From positions 124,001 to 188,000 of the forward strand of contig NIVC01000946.1 in assembly GCA_002269645.1 (NCBI GenBank): DNA of 64,000 bases, in the 5' to 3' direction. Under the pieces are notes generated by a model. That model searched no databases. It was not told where the DNA came from and worked only from the letters and a program-made list of their open reading frames with translations. The translations under genes and the position numbers were made by a program. This stretch comes from Macrostomum lignano. Taxonomy: Eukaryota. Below are positions 11,568-24,833 of this stretch, piece by piece. Positions within the stretch are counted from its first letter, which is position 1. Every line of letters starts with the position of its first letter.

Positions 11568-13387
11568 TACCAGAAAACTATATGATATTAATCTTATTAG
11601 CTTTAAGAGCGCCACAAATAATGACTAACAATGGAAGGTCACTAGACGATAAATAATTGACAAGGTCACACACTAAAAAAACACAACGAGGAAACACAAG
11701 CACTTGTTTATTTATTTCACGTGTAAAGGCAGAGTGTGAACTACAAGCTACATTAGTCAATTAATTAAAAGAAACGCACTTCACTCATTGTACACAAGAG
11801 CAGCGAAAAGTTGCATATTGGTTTAACAGTAAACCTACAAGAATGCCTTCCGAATGCCAAGAACACACGATAGTCTGTCTAAATAAAATAGTATTCAAGC
11901 CGTCATCAGAAAGTGCAGCTGAGATAGCACACTATAAAACTAAGAGGACTGCCCAGCGAAATATAGCCATACACTAAAATAGCGACACATCTACTCACCG
12001 GATTATCACTCTAAACTTTCTATCTCAAACCATATCTTTGCAGCTCGCTATTAGCTTTCAGACACCCCTCGAGGTTATCCCTACGCTAAGAAGCCGTTGC
12101 AGACTTCTTCAAGGTAGGAAAATCGACATTGGGAGACACTAAAGCACTTGCGGTCGCGGCGATTGCGATAGTGGCAAAGGTGACTGAGGAGGACGAATGT
12201 AACATGAAAGAGCTTGTAGTGCAGAAGACACGGGAACATTCAAAACCACCTTTGAGTAAGATCCGGGTACATAATCTTTAGCTGAAGCATGTGTCTGCTA
12301 AGTAAGGTCACACACCAGGACAAAATTGGCTCCAAAAGTGTGGGTCAGGAATAAGAAGCACCTGGCCAGGACCGACATCCAGGTGGCGCCGCACCCCAGT
12401 CTGATTTGGCACCGGTGGACTTTGGCGGTCCTGAAAGTCAACACTAGCATCGCCGGTTGCAGGCTTGACACGAAGCAGCAGGTGAAGACTGCCTTAGCTT
12501 AGAGGGAGGTCGCTTATTATAAAATAAGCGCCTCTAGACGACGACTCTCAAACGACGAGATGTCACGGTACAAGTCACCAAGGTCGTCAAAGTTGCCCAA
12601 GAGTTAATTTGAGGCGCGATAGAGTCGCTGCATGCTTGAATCACCGAATTGCGTCTAAAGTGCATCTTTAACTAACACGACTCTTGTAGTGTCGTACGAG
12701 TCGCGAAGACTTCCAACTCACGTTATGCGCTCGTGACGCAACAGTCACCTCTCCATCGAATTACAGTCGTTTGAGTCGTTTAAAAAGTCTCAAGAGTCGC
12801 TAGAGTCACCAGTGAGTTGTATGCAATATGACTCTAAAGATTATTGTCACGGTAACGTTTTCAACGGGCATGCTCACCTAATCTTTTGCTGAGGCCTCCA
12901 ACAAGTGAGAGAACTGAAGACTATGTTGAGATGCAAGAGCGGTTTTGTCAAATTTCGTTGCTCTGTTTTAGAAATTTAGCATCAGCCCTAGGTTTCGCCG
13001 GACAACCCTCGTATACAGGAAAAAATTCAAACTCAGAGTAGTAACAGGGGACCAGTAGCTTAATCCGCTGGCAACTGAAATGGTTACCTGTACCTGGGAG
13101 AAAATTATGGTGGACACAGCGAAGTCGCAAATGCACGATGCATTGTTAGAGATTATCTAAAAAAATAACACAGAAGAAAAAAACAGACAGACAGACAGAT
13201 TAACTGCTCAACAACAACAACATACACAGAATCATTTCCCGGTGCAAAAGAAGCAAGTTTAGTAGAATTTTACAAATTTATGTTTATTACACACCTGAAA
13301 AGAGACACGGGGAAGAGGTTAAATGAATGGAGAAGTTCAAAAGCACCAGCTGTAAATATTCGTCATAAATTGTTATCGAATACCTCG

Positions 13388-13441
13388 CTAGTTCGCTATT
13401 TTGTCAAAGGCTCAGCCAAAAGCCTCACCTGCAAAACCATG
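13388..13441 (+). pseudogene. Short inverted copy of the Rab39 coding sequence
   Basis: 13388-13417 CTAGTTCGCTATTTTGTCAAAGGCTCAGCC matches the Rab39 sense sequence of 9912-9883 at 29 of 30 nt; weaker similarity (CCTGCAAAACCATG vs CCTGCGAAGCCACG) continues about 25 nt. Confidence 0.8.
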
Positions 13442-13788
13442 AGGTTAAAATTGGCTAAAATTTTGCATTGCATTGCGACTGCTGGGGGGAGGGGGACTGC
13501 ATGGTCCGAATCGAATGTAAGATTACCTATCATATTAGTCTTACATTGATCAATTTAAGTTTTAAATTTATACGCTGATATTTTTTACAAAAGTTGTGAC
13601 AAACCGACACAAAGATATAGGTAGTGAAACCAAACTTCTACACAGAGAAGCAATGGAAGCACCAGTTCTTGTAAATATACGAAAAAAACACTTGATGTAT
13701 AGTTTTAAGAAAATAACATCGAGAGAAAGTCAGTATTACATATTCGTCGATCTAAATTGCACCTGAAAAAAATAGCCAACATTTCCCA

Positions 13789-16582
13789 CTACCACAATTT
13801 GGGATATTCGTCCGGTAGCAAAGAATAATTCCGACAGGTGGGACACACTGAGCACTCCTGAAACCAGCGACGAATACAGGCGTCGTGAAACAGGTGATCA
13901 CAGTCTAGCCGGCGCACCTGTTCCTTCTGCGGGTTCAAGCTGTCCAGACAGACAATGCACGTGTCCTCTTCGGCGCTGCCAGAAACAGTTGCTGAAGTTC
14001 TGCTGGCATTGCTTCCGTTTAACTTGTAGGCAGCACCGCCATTGGACTGTTGCTGCTGTCTATGCCGAAGGTGCTGCTGCTTAGCCTGATGCTTATCGAT
14101 CAGAATATTAATTAATTGTTGCTCAATTTGAGCACCAGGCCTGACGGTCATGCTGGCTAAGGCCTGACTAACCTGATCAACTGTCACGTACGGCAGTATC
14201 TGAAATGAAGCAAATTTTTAAATCGTTCAAAAGTTTTTCAATGTCGAAGCTCTCCGACATGTACTCCATCATATCGTAGTAAGATGCTCAAATTTATTAT
14301 GCCAAATTGAAAATCACCGAGGTTTGGACAGCTGGCATCAGTCAAAAAGTTCGAAATCAAATAAAATATCTTTAACATCGCTGAGCCTCTCTGCAGCAGA
14401 AGCTGCAGAACTCTCCAGACTCCATGTTTACAGGGTGCTCAAATTTGACTATTGTTAGAGGTCTTGAATTCTAATAATTAAAAAATTATTGACATTAAAA
14501 AACGTGGCTCAGCCCCAATTTCGAATTTTACTGGCTGTTCCTTGGGTACACATTGTTCCACCACGCTATCAAAGCCTCAATATCATTCCTAGCAATTCTT
14601 AAAAACTACAAATTTCGTAATGTAGAAAACAGCTTTGCCACGAATTTCGCTTGCTTGTGAAGCAATCCACTAGCATCACCAAGAATTTAACTTTGGGTCT
14701 TTACCGCAGATACTAGAATAACTAGATAAGATGGGCCACTCAGCACATTTGCGTGTAAGCTACTTTCAGTTCAGTAGTAAGTTAAACAGAAGCATTTTAA
14801 TGTATTTTATTACTTAGAGCTCATTTATTGGCTCTTACATCCCCCCAAGCTTAAACCCTCTAACCGCGGCCTTTCCACACTACCCCCAACCCCCAATTTT
14901 TATTGCCTTTCTCGGAATTCCAGCCTAAAGCTGCTATGTACATTTCAGTGAACTGGCTAATAAATGTACATTATTGCTGAACCAATTAGCAAGTTGTTTA
15001 CGCCTAGAAGCTTGGGCTTCTAAACTTATCAAAGTCAGCTGCCTTTATTTTTATAAAATAGCTTATGTATTCTTCTTTGCTACTGAACTGAAAGTAGAAA
15101 GCAATTTTACCAAGTATATATGCCTGAGTGGCATATCTATAGTTATCTTAGTATCTGTGGTCTTAACTCACGAAAATATTCTCAAGTTTCAGAGGAAATG
15201 CTATAGTGACTGTACAAGGTCAAAACCTAAATTTAGTTAATACAAAAAATTCTTTCTTTATTTGTTGCCTCTACAAAGAGGGGGGAGGGCGCAGATTGCT
15301 AGCCTCGGTGCTAAATATTTTCCTACCTTTTGCACCACAGGCATGTACTTTAGTGCGCCTCTCTGCTGCTCGGTCAGATCTCCATGAGCGCTGGCAGTCG
15401 TGCCGGCTCGCGGACCAATTGGACCAGGCAGGCTGTTGCAAGGCAAGCTGACGTTAACTGATCTCGGCCGAGCAGCCGGAGTCGCGGCCTGCGGCGGCTG
15501 CAATGAAGGCGGTGGCGGCGGCGGCATCTGCTGCTGCTGCTGCTGCTGTTTAGCAGTTTCCGCCTCGAGCTTCAGCGCTTTGAGGTCTGGCTTTCGCGGC
15601 GAGCGAGGCACCAATTTTTGGAATTGAGTCTTCACGTTGGCCGCCTTGAATTCTTCTTGCGTGTCAAGTTTGGACCTGGGCGCAAACAGAAAAAGAAGAT
15701 TTGAAGCTATTTGATATTTCAGTGCACAATCAGAACAACTGCTTTTAATTTGGCCGCATAAAAGTTAAAGCCATTCTTTATTCACCCATCCCATCCGGTC
15801 ACTACGTTTTTCGCCTATGGGCACAAGTTGTGGCTGGATTAATAATGTACAAAGTGTTAAAAATGCTCAGATATTTAAGAAAAGTGTATGAGAATAAACA
15901 AAGAAAAATAACAACAAAAAAGATAGTATTGAGCAGGATCCTTCGTGCAGTAGTCGTATCTCCGACAAGCTTAACCCTAATCCAAGCTTAAGCTTTAACT
16001 CTAACGGAGATATGAAGTTTCGGGGACATGAACCCCCTTTATTGGCATGGCTGTTACTTAATAGTGCCATCGCTGGCGGCATGACTGAGTCAGGTGACTC
16101 AGCGAAGTGGTCTTGCCGAAGTCTCAGCGAAGTATTCTAGAAAATAAGTATTTTCTAAGCGCGAAATAACTCAATACTAAGATTTCTGGGCCAAACACTT
16201 ACCGGCAGTCGGTGCGCAGCTGTTTTAGCGCGATCCGGCTCTGATCTAGTTCGGTGCAAAACTCAACCCAGATTTGCTCAGCCGCTGTTAGCGCAGCCGT
16301 ATGAATAGCTCCAGCCGCCGCCTCATTTAACGATGCTATAACAGCTCTGGCGTCATTTTCTCGCTCCTTAACCATGCTCATAGCTAGCAGATAGTGCAGA
16401 TCGACTACCTCGCTTTTAAATTCTTTAGAGGCTTCAGCAGACTCGGCGCAGGCCAACGAAAACGCGTCGCGTTGTTGTCGCAGAGCGTCATTCTCTCGAC
16501 GCAATGTGGCAACTTGATCGCGCAAACTATCGGTCTCGTTCTTTAATAGGTTTATAGGGCATCGCGGCGAACAGGGCTGCAT
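13789..16582 (-). CDS. Coiled-coil plus C-terminal RING-H2 E3 ligase, DZIP3/TTC3/RNF214-like, about 380 aa
   Basis: Exons 16582-16203, 15675-15327 and 14199-13789 join in frame by GT-AG junctions (phases 2, 0). RING-H2 CIVC-x15-C-x-H-x2-H-x2-C-x10-CPTC followed by RNYSLLPDEYPKL, similar to the LLPEEFP tail of DZIP3/TTC3. A polyQ/polyP tract lies in exon 2. The start is uncertain (in-frame TAA directly before ATG 16582). Confidence 0.82.
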
Positions 16583-18346
16583 TTATTTGGCTTTCGCTGG
16601 GAAGGCGGCTGAATTCGTGTTGAAGCGAAAAACAATGAGTTTAGCAATTAGCTTGTTGTTGTTTGCGTGACCCTTTTTAAATAGAGACCTCTCAAACGAT
16701 AAAATAATAAAATCAGTTCAGTGTACATCTATCTGAGTGAATAAAGAATGTACACTAGCTTCTTCGCCTAAAATGGTAATATGCGTACATCCAATCTAAT
16801 CTAATCTTATCTAAAGTCAAACCCCTAGCCTGGTCATGCATTCCTACCCCTATCGTAGACTGTACATGGCGGATAGACTTCTGTTTTATCAGTTAACTTA
16901 GTTTACGCCAGTCTAACCAGTCTGAGTGAGTGTTATAAACAAGAGCTGGTCGTAAAACCACCCACCCCATTCCGCCGCTCCTTTTACTAATTTTACTAAA
17001 TATCAAAAGTACAAGACCATGGGATGGACCCAAAGCTTTGATAAAAGCACAAGGAAGTGTTACCCTAGTGGGATCATTAAGGTTAGGGTCAAGTAAGCTT
17101 AGGCTTGTCAAGACGTTAATGATCAGAGCTCGAAGCTCAAAATGGTTATAAAGTGCAAGGCTCAAGCTCAAGGGGAGAATGCTGAGATGCCAAAGGATCA
17201 AGGATTTAACTGCTTAACTTAAAATTGAATCAGCCAACTATTAATTATCTGGATTATTATAAGCCAATTTTATGACACTAACAACTTACTCAATATTTTA
17301 GAGGACAAAATATTCATAAATAACTATTCGAAAGCCAAACACAAAAGTCAAATTCACGACACTACAATTATTTCTCATTCTATTTAAAGAAAAACTCGTA
17401 GATAAGAAATGAGGATATATATATAACTTACAGGCTAATAATCCCGCAGTTTAGTACACGAGAAGAAAAAGTACCCATACACAAAAAATTATCATATGCA
17501 CACGCATTATGATATTCACACAAGTGAGCTGTTTGTTAGCTATATAAACTTTGCTTGCAAAGACTGACAATTAGTTAGTTATGTCCCAGGTAAGAAATTA
17601 ATAAATATAGAATTACGGGTTACGAAGAGACTGCACCAGCAATAAAATAATTAGTAGATAAATAAATTGTACTTTGGCTTGGACTGTGTGACAAAACTGA
17701 TCGCGCGCGAGGTTAAGAAAATTGGTTACTGTTGGTACTAAATAATATTATAAGCAATACAAGCCACAGCTGTTTCCATCTACAGAGGCCATGGACTGAC
17801 AACATTTCCTGGGACGCTTTTAGTAGAAGAAAAATCCAGAAAAAAGATTATCACAGTACATATATTAGTAATAATAGTAATAATAATAATAGTAATAAAT
17901 AAAAAATGACGCGAAGATGACTTACAGTAGCGAAAAGAGCAACAAAAAATGGGTGTCGAATGCAATGCAGTTATGGGCTGACAGACGATGCACGGAAGTA
18001 TTTTTGGGTACACAGAAGCAAAATGAAAGCAACAGTAACACAGTGTCTTTCGTACTGAAATAATTAAAATTAATATTCACGTATGCTACTACATGAGCAC
18101 GTAAAAGCCATACAACATGAGTTATAGGATAGTTTTAATCCAATATCTGATGAACTCTGACTAATAGCAGTAGTATCCTTTGGACACTATATACATAACT
18201 AAATTAATAGCACGAGACGGATGGTGTTGCTATTACAGGTAAGGACTCTCTGGTTCACAATATTGCAAGCAAGAAGGGCACAGCTACATCTCCCTTCTCG
18301 CACTCCATTGTTACTGCTTGCTTCTGCTATATTTATTGCCAAGTTA

Positions 18347-21300
18347 TTAACAGTTGCAGCCGTTTGCCTGCTTGTCGCGGCCTTCCTGCAGACGAGTGCC
18401 TGCGAACAACAGAATAAAAGCACAAGAGTTGATTCTAAAACTATGCACACTTGTTTGCATGTGGCTACTATGAGTACTAGATATATGCTGAATCTTGAGT
18501 TTGCAATTCACTAGCCCGATGATGTTAACTAAAACAAAAAACTGTTGGATTTATGCATCAATGTGCACTATAGTTAGCGCTTATTGGTGTTAGCTAAAAG
18601 TACAATTTATGTTGAATCGTGTCTCAAACTCAAAGTACACAAGCCTATTGATGATATCTAAAAGTACAAGAGGATTAATTCCATCTAAAAGTACACTAGA
18701 CTGACGGTGATAAGCTAAAAGTGCACGAGAAAATTAAATTCATCTAAAAGTATATAAGCTTGCTGATTATAGCTAAAAGTGCGCGAGAGAATGAACTTCA
18801 ATCTAAAAGTAAACTAGCCTGCTGATGATAGCTAAAAGTGCAGATGCTAAACTAAATCTTACTCACCGGCCCCGGCAGCCAAATTAGGATCGCACTCCAG
18901 CGATTCGGCCATCTTGTCGCAGATGACGTCAACCAGTCGTTCGAATACGGCTTTGACGTTGATATTCTCTTTAGCGGAAGTCTCAAAGAACTCGAGGCCT
19001 GCAGATATTTCAGCAATGATAAAATATACTCACTTTTAATTGAAATGTCGGAATATTTTTACTAGATAGTTTATCAGAAAAACACTGCTGATTAAAAATT
19101 TAAGAAATGTTATAATATTAATTCACACTAAATAGTTCCGACATTTTAGGCCACATTAGCAGTTACGAGGAGGATCTCAAATATAAGAATTTCAGCATTT
19201 ACCAATCTCTTCAGCCAATCGCTGGCCGCTTAATTCGCTAATAACTCGATAGTCAGCTAGATCGCACTTGTTGCCAACCAGAACTATGGTGGCATCGTGC
19301 CAAGCGTGGGCTCTGATCTGAGTACACCTTTAGAATAATAGTCAGTAATAAGTATCTTTTAACAACAGATAACATTCCAAGAGAAATAGAAAAATACGCT
19401 TAGGGATATTAGAAAACAAATGCATTAAATTCACTAAGCAATATAGGAAATGCACAGCACTTACTCCTAACTCATTTCATGCATCAGTTGCATAGGAGTG
19501 ACATTTAATTTTGCTCCTAGCATATAAATCGACAGAATAAGACTTATTTAACAATGGATTTCAGTGGAACAGAGTTCAAGCGTGGCAGCTCCGAGAGGGA
19601 GATCACAGTTGGGAGAATCCCGGAGGAGGAATCCCTAAAGAGGAATCTCTACAGGAGACTCCCTAAAAGGGGAATCCCGAAAGGGGAATTCTAAAAGGGA
19701 ATCCCTAAAGTGGAATCCTTAAAGTGGAATCCTTAAAGGGGAATCCCTAAAGGGGAATCCCTAAAGGGGAATCCCTAAAGGGGAATCCCTAAAGGGGAAT
19801 CCCTAAAGGGGAATCCCTAAAGTGGAATCCTTAAAGTGGAATCCCTAAAGGGGAATCCCTAAAGGGGAATCCCTAAAGGGGAATCCCTAAAGGGGAATCC
19901 CTAAAGGGGAATCCCTAAAGGGGAATCCCTAAAGGGGAATCCCTAAAGGGGAATCCCTAAAGGGGAATCCCTAAAGGGGAATCCCTAAAGGGGAATCCCT
20001 AAAGGGGAATCCCTAAAGGGGAATCCCTAAAGGGGAATCCCTAAAGGGGAATCCCTAAAGGGGAATCCCTAAAGGGGAATCCCTAAAGGGGAATCCCTAA
20101 AGGGGAATCTCTAAAGGGGAATCCCTAAATGGGAATCCCTAAAGGGGAATCGCTAGAGGGACATTTTTAAATCAAAATCAGAAAGGGGGAATCCAAAGGG
20201 GAATCTATAAAGTGGAGTCCTAACTAAAAATCTCTAAGGATTTTCTCCACAGGAATTTCCATATATCCGGATAAGAGACCTTAGCAGGGGAATCGCAAAT
20301 AAAGAACTTTTCAAATGTTTTTCTCGAATCGCCACCGTACAATATATAATAAGAAAACACAAATACGGTATATAAACACTTATCTTGTGTTCAATGCCAT
20401 TTTCCGCAAGAAATTGTATCTTTTACACAAAAGTAGAATAGAAGAAGCACAAAAGATTGAAAAACATTAATCACTAATAAAAAGATGGCAATGAAGCAAG
20501 TGAACTGCGGTACAATACCCAGATCATGTGCCAGCCTAGCACCGCGCTCAATGGAGACAATGCGACTATCCTCTAAATCGCACTTGTTACCAATTAGAGC
20601 AATTTTGGCTGTGGACCAGGAGTGAGTCTGTATTGCCGTCACCCTGGGCATGGTAGCGATGCGTATGAGAGGCACCTTTGTTTTAAATAAAACACATGTA
20701 ATAGAAATAAAATCTAAAACGACGAATCCAGTTTTTTAGAAAAAAGGCAAAAAACCATCAAAGAAATAATCAGTTGAACAGCAGGAATACCAATTTGTAC
20801 TGTTTATACCGACATATACTCAGCAAGTTTCAATTCCTCGGAATTCAAAATGCTATTCTAAGATATTCCAATGGGATGTCTATCAAAATCATCAGCGCGG
20901 AATCCTCACTCAAACCACGCTTTGGTAGTTAGTACTTTCACTCTTAACTATTGACTATCAAACTTTAATAAAAAGAACAGTCCAAACAAATTCACCGAAC
21001 CGGAATAAAGAAAAAAGTTAATCGAAGAAGGAAAACTACGCTCGTAATTTGAACCAAAAAAACACCGGGATTTTTTAGGGCTTGGAAATTCGCACCGAGC
21101 TCATTTGCCAGCTTTTGCGCCGTTTTGGTGTCGACTCGGCGCTGACCTGGCTGGCAGTCGCACTTGTTGCCTACCAATACAACAACGGCACCTTGCCAGG
21201 CCTGACCGCGCACCAGCGTCACCCTTTAGTTAGTTGTGTGTGCGTGTGCGGTTTTAGAAGACGCAGTGGTTGGGGTTGAAGTAAACTAATAAATAAACTG

Positions 21301-24300
21301 TACACTAAAGCAAACTCTTGCCCCGACTTCATGTGGACCAGCTGGCAATTATCTTGTCATAGCAAGATCTGTGTATCCCAGCCCTACCCCCACCCCAAAT
21401 TAAAATAAAAGGGGACGAGATTCTACGAGCTATGTACACTAGCCCTACCCCACCCCATTTAAAAGGGGACGAGATTTTATGTACATCAGCCCTACCCTCA
21501 AATAAAAGGGGACGAGATTCTATGTACGCCAGCCCTGTCCCAGGACGAGAATATATGTACCGCCAGCCCTCACCCTGGCCCTCAGATAGATAGATACCGT
21601 GAAGGGGACAAGATTTCACGTACGCTCGTACATTTTATTAATTTTAGCTAGGGAGACTAGGGAGAAGAAAGCCAAGAGATAAAGAAATCAGACGCTACGA
21701 AGTTAACTCCAGCTAAATTTGCATACAAGGAAAACAAAGGTAAAATTTAGATTGACACAAGGGAAACAAATTTCAAAATATATGAATAGTGATATCAGTT
21801 ACAAAAAATAAGTTGCTTTAATATGGTTCCTGCTATATTTTATATTTCCTATAAATTTTAAATTGTAATAATAAAGTGCAATGACAACACTGAACATATA
21901 TAAAAGGTCGGTGTGCACAGGAGCGACAATAAAAGATGCATACAGACACTAATAAAATATTGTACCTTAGTACTCACATATTTTAATACAAGCGACTTAC
22001 CAGTCTTGCACGGCATTAAACGAATCCTCGTTGGTAACGTCGTACATTAGAATAAAGCCCATAGCGCCCCTATAATAGGCTGTGGTGATGGTTCGGTACC
22101 TCTCTTGACCAGCTGTGTCCTAAAAAGTAGTAACAGAAAACGCTATTTATACTACTCATTTTTACTGAAACGATTTTTAATATAGTTTGTTGCAATTTGC
22201 GTCCATTTTGCTATTTTTAAGTTTCGTACGATTCTTAGCTCAAGTTCGGAGATCATGCTTCGGGGCGGATCCGGAGTGATAAAGGAGTGATTCTCAGTAG
22301 ATAGATTGGTAGTGATTCTCAGACTCAGGGGAAGATCGGGAGTGATTCTTGGTCGGCGGATTAGGAGTGATTCTCAACATCAAGGTAAGATCAGAAGTGA
22401 TTCTCAGTGGACGGATCGAGAATGATTATTGCGTGGCGAATCAGGAGTGGTTCTTAGTGGGCGGATCGAGAATGATTATTGCGTGGCGAATCAGGAGTGG
22501 TTCTTAGTGGGCGGAGATCATAGGTGATTCCCAGGGAGAGATCAAGCGTGATTCTAGGGGCAGATCAGGGGTGATTGTCAGGGCGGATCAGGAGTGATTC
22601 TCATGGCGGATCAGGAGTGATTCTCTGGGCGGATCATGGGTGATTTTATGGCGGATGAGGGGTGATTCTCATGGCGAATCAAGAGTGATTCTCAGGGTGG
22701 ATCATAGGTCAGGTGATTTTATGGCGGATGAGGGGTGATTCTCAGCGTGGATCAGGGGTGATTCTCGGGGCGGATGAGGGGGGATTCTCAGGCCGAATCG
22801 GGGTGATTCTCGGGCCGGATCAGGGGTGATTCTCGGGCCGGATCAGGGGTGATTCTAGGGGCGGATCAGGGGTGATTCTAGGGGCGGATCAGGGGTGATT
22901 CTCGGAGCGGATCATGGGTGATTGTTATGTACAAATAAGAATCATTATGAAACAGCGCTTTGCAACTTTGATTTTGATGTGACGGACCTTCCGGATCTGA
23001 CTGCACCATGAAAGCAAGAATGCAAGTAGTTGCAAAGGCTAAGCAGAGTTTGAAATTGACCTGTCGATATAAATTAATAAACCGACCGGGTCCCGGAGGG
23101 CCAATTACTTTGTCGGGTTGAGACGCACAGGAAGTTGCGTCCCAGTGGCAGCGAAATTGATTGCCGCTAGTGGACAAGTTGATAGTCGATTCTATCAAAC
23201 ACGCGACAGTCGCACACGCAAAGGATTTAAGCTAATCTAACGGAATGCATAATAACCTTCAGTGGTTTTGATTATCAGTTGTATGAATTATTACCTTAAG
23301 AAAAAATGAATACAATAGATTGTTACTAATCAATAAACTTCACTCATCATTTTTAGAGTCGTGGAATTAACATATAGGAAATAGATTGAGCGAGATAAAA
23401 TGAGGAGATATAAGATTCATGATAGGCATAAGGAGAAGATTGACAGAAACAAGGGAAACATGTAAGAGTATAAAAGAGGGCGTGATACATGGGTTCTAAG
23501 ATACAGAAGTTTTAGAATACACTAAGGGTCGAGGGATATACAAATTGGTCATCGGAGACAAAATAGAAACGGGTCATGGAAGACACAAATGGTCATAAGA
23601 GATACAGAAGGGTCATAGAAGACACAGATGGGTCATGAGGGACACAGATAGGTCGTATGAGACACAAAAGGGTCATAGGAGACACAGAGAGGTCATAGGA
23701 GACACAAAAGGGTCATAGAAGACACAGATAGGTCATAGGAGACACAGATGGGTCATAGAAGACACAGATAGGTCATAGGAGACACAAAAGGGTCATGGAA
23801 GACACAGATAAGTCATAGGAGACACAGATGGGTCATGAGGGACACAGATAGGTCGTATGAGACACAAAAGGGTCATAAGAGACACAGAATGTCATAGGAG
23901 ACACAGATGGGTCATAAAGGACACAGATAGGTCATAGGAGACACAAAAGGGTCATAGGAGACACAGATGGGTCATAGAAGACACAGATAGGTCATAGGAG
24001 ACACATATAGGCCATAGAAGACACAAAAGGGTCATAGGAGACACATATAGGTAATAGAAGACACAAAAGGGTCATAGGAGACACAGATGGGTCATAGAAG
24101 AAACAAATAGGCCATAGAAGACACAGAAGGGTCATAGGAGACACAGATAGGTCATAGAAGACACAGATAAGTCATAGAAGACACAGATAGGTCATAGAAG
24201 ACACAGATAGGTCATAGAAGACACAAAAGGGTCATAGGAGACCCTGAGTGTCATAGAAGAAACAGAATGGTCATAGGAGACACAGATAGGCCATAGAAGA

Positions 24301-24833
24301 CACAGAAGGGTCATAGGAGACACAGATAGGTAATAGAAGACACAAAAGGGTTATAGAAGACACAAAAGGGTCATAGAAGACACAGATGGGTCATAGAAGA
24401 AACATATAGGCCATAGAAGACACAGAAGGGTCATAGGAGACACAGATAGGTCATAGAAGACACAGAAGGGTCATAGGAGACACAGATAGGTCATAGAAGA
24501 CACAGAAGGGTCATAGGAGACTGGGAGTCATTGAGTACACACGGCGAGTCATGACAAGCGGTTATTGGGGGAGTGGGAGATGTGACCAGAAGCCAGTGAG
24601 AGATGAGGCAATAAAGAGAAGCTACTCACCCAGATCTGCAGCTTGACCCGCTTATCGTGTCTAAAGACGGTCTTGACTTTGAAATCGATGCCAACAGTGG
24701 ACACGAAGGCGGACGTGAAAGAGTCGTCAGCGTAGCGAAACAGAAACGACGTCTTGCCAACGGAGGAATTGCCAATAATCAATAATTTGAACATGTAGTC
24801 AAAGTTCTGATCGGCCGCATCGCGAGATCCCAT
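18347..24833 (-). CDS. Rab3: Rab3 small GTPase, 5 coding exons with a triplicated exon 3
   Basis: Exon 1 24833-24630 ([26 protein letters not shown]...KLQIW), exon 2 22119-22001 ([22 protein letters not shown]...VQDW), exon 3 alternatives, exon 4 18998-18867 ([35 protein letters not shown]), exon 5 18399-18347 ([17 protein letters not shown]). All junctions are GT-AG and phase-consistent; CxC prenylation motif. Confidence 0.96.
18590..18845. repeat. Degenerate repeat with recurring (AG/AT)CTAAAAGT motif, Rab3 intron 4
   Basis: About 8 spaced copies of CTAAAAGT(A/G). Confidence 0.55.
19203..19327 (-). CDS. Rab3: Rab3 alternative exon 3c (125 nt)
   Basis: tctaaag|G...G|gtaaat; encodes (W)[41 protein letters not shown](G); phase 2 in, phase 1 out. 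Confidence 0.9.
19621..20220. repeat. Minisatellite, 14-bp unit GGGGAATCCCTAAA, between Rab3 exons 3b and 3c
   Basis: About 30 near-perfect units with degenerate flanks; the unit is quasi-palindromic. Confidence 0.97.
20519..20643 (-). CDS. Rab3: Rab3 alternative exon 3b (125 nt)
   Basis: gcccag|G...G|gtattg; encodes (W)[41 protein letters not shown](G); phase 2 in, phase 1 out. Confidence 0.86.
21096..21223 (-). CDS. Rab3: Rab3 alternative exon 3a (128 nt)
   Basis: ctaaag|G...G|gtgcga; encodes (W)[42 protein letters not shown](G); phase 2 in, phase 1 out. Confidence 0.82.
21345..21590. repeat. Short degenerate repeat (about 50-60 bp, 4 copies) CCCTACCCCCACCCC...AAAAGGGGACGAGATT
   Basis: Four diverged copies between Rab3 exon 2 and exon 3a. 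Confidence 0.75.
22255..22925. repeat. Degenerate minisatellite, about 21-bp unit GGCGGATCAGGGGTGATTCTC
   Basis: Tandem periodicity in Rab3 intron 1. Confidence 0.92.
23570..24520. repeat. Minisatellite, 20-bp unit GTCATAG(A/G)AGACACAGATAG
   Basis: About 47 tandem units in Rab3 intron 1. Confidence 0.97.

Noticed and set aside
12520-12830. Scattered CGACTC/GAGTCG inverted motifs
   Set aside because: Short, imperfect, with no definable termini or TSD.
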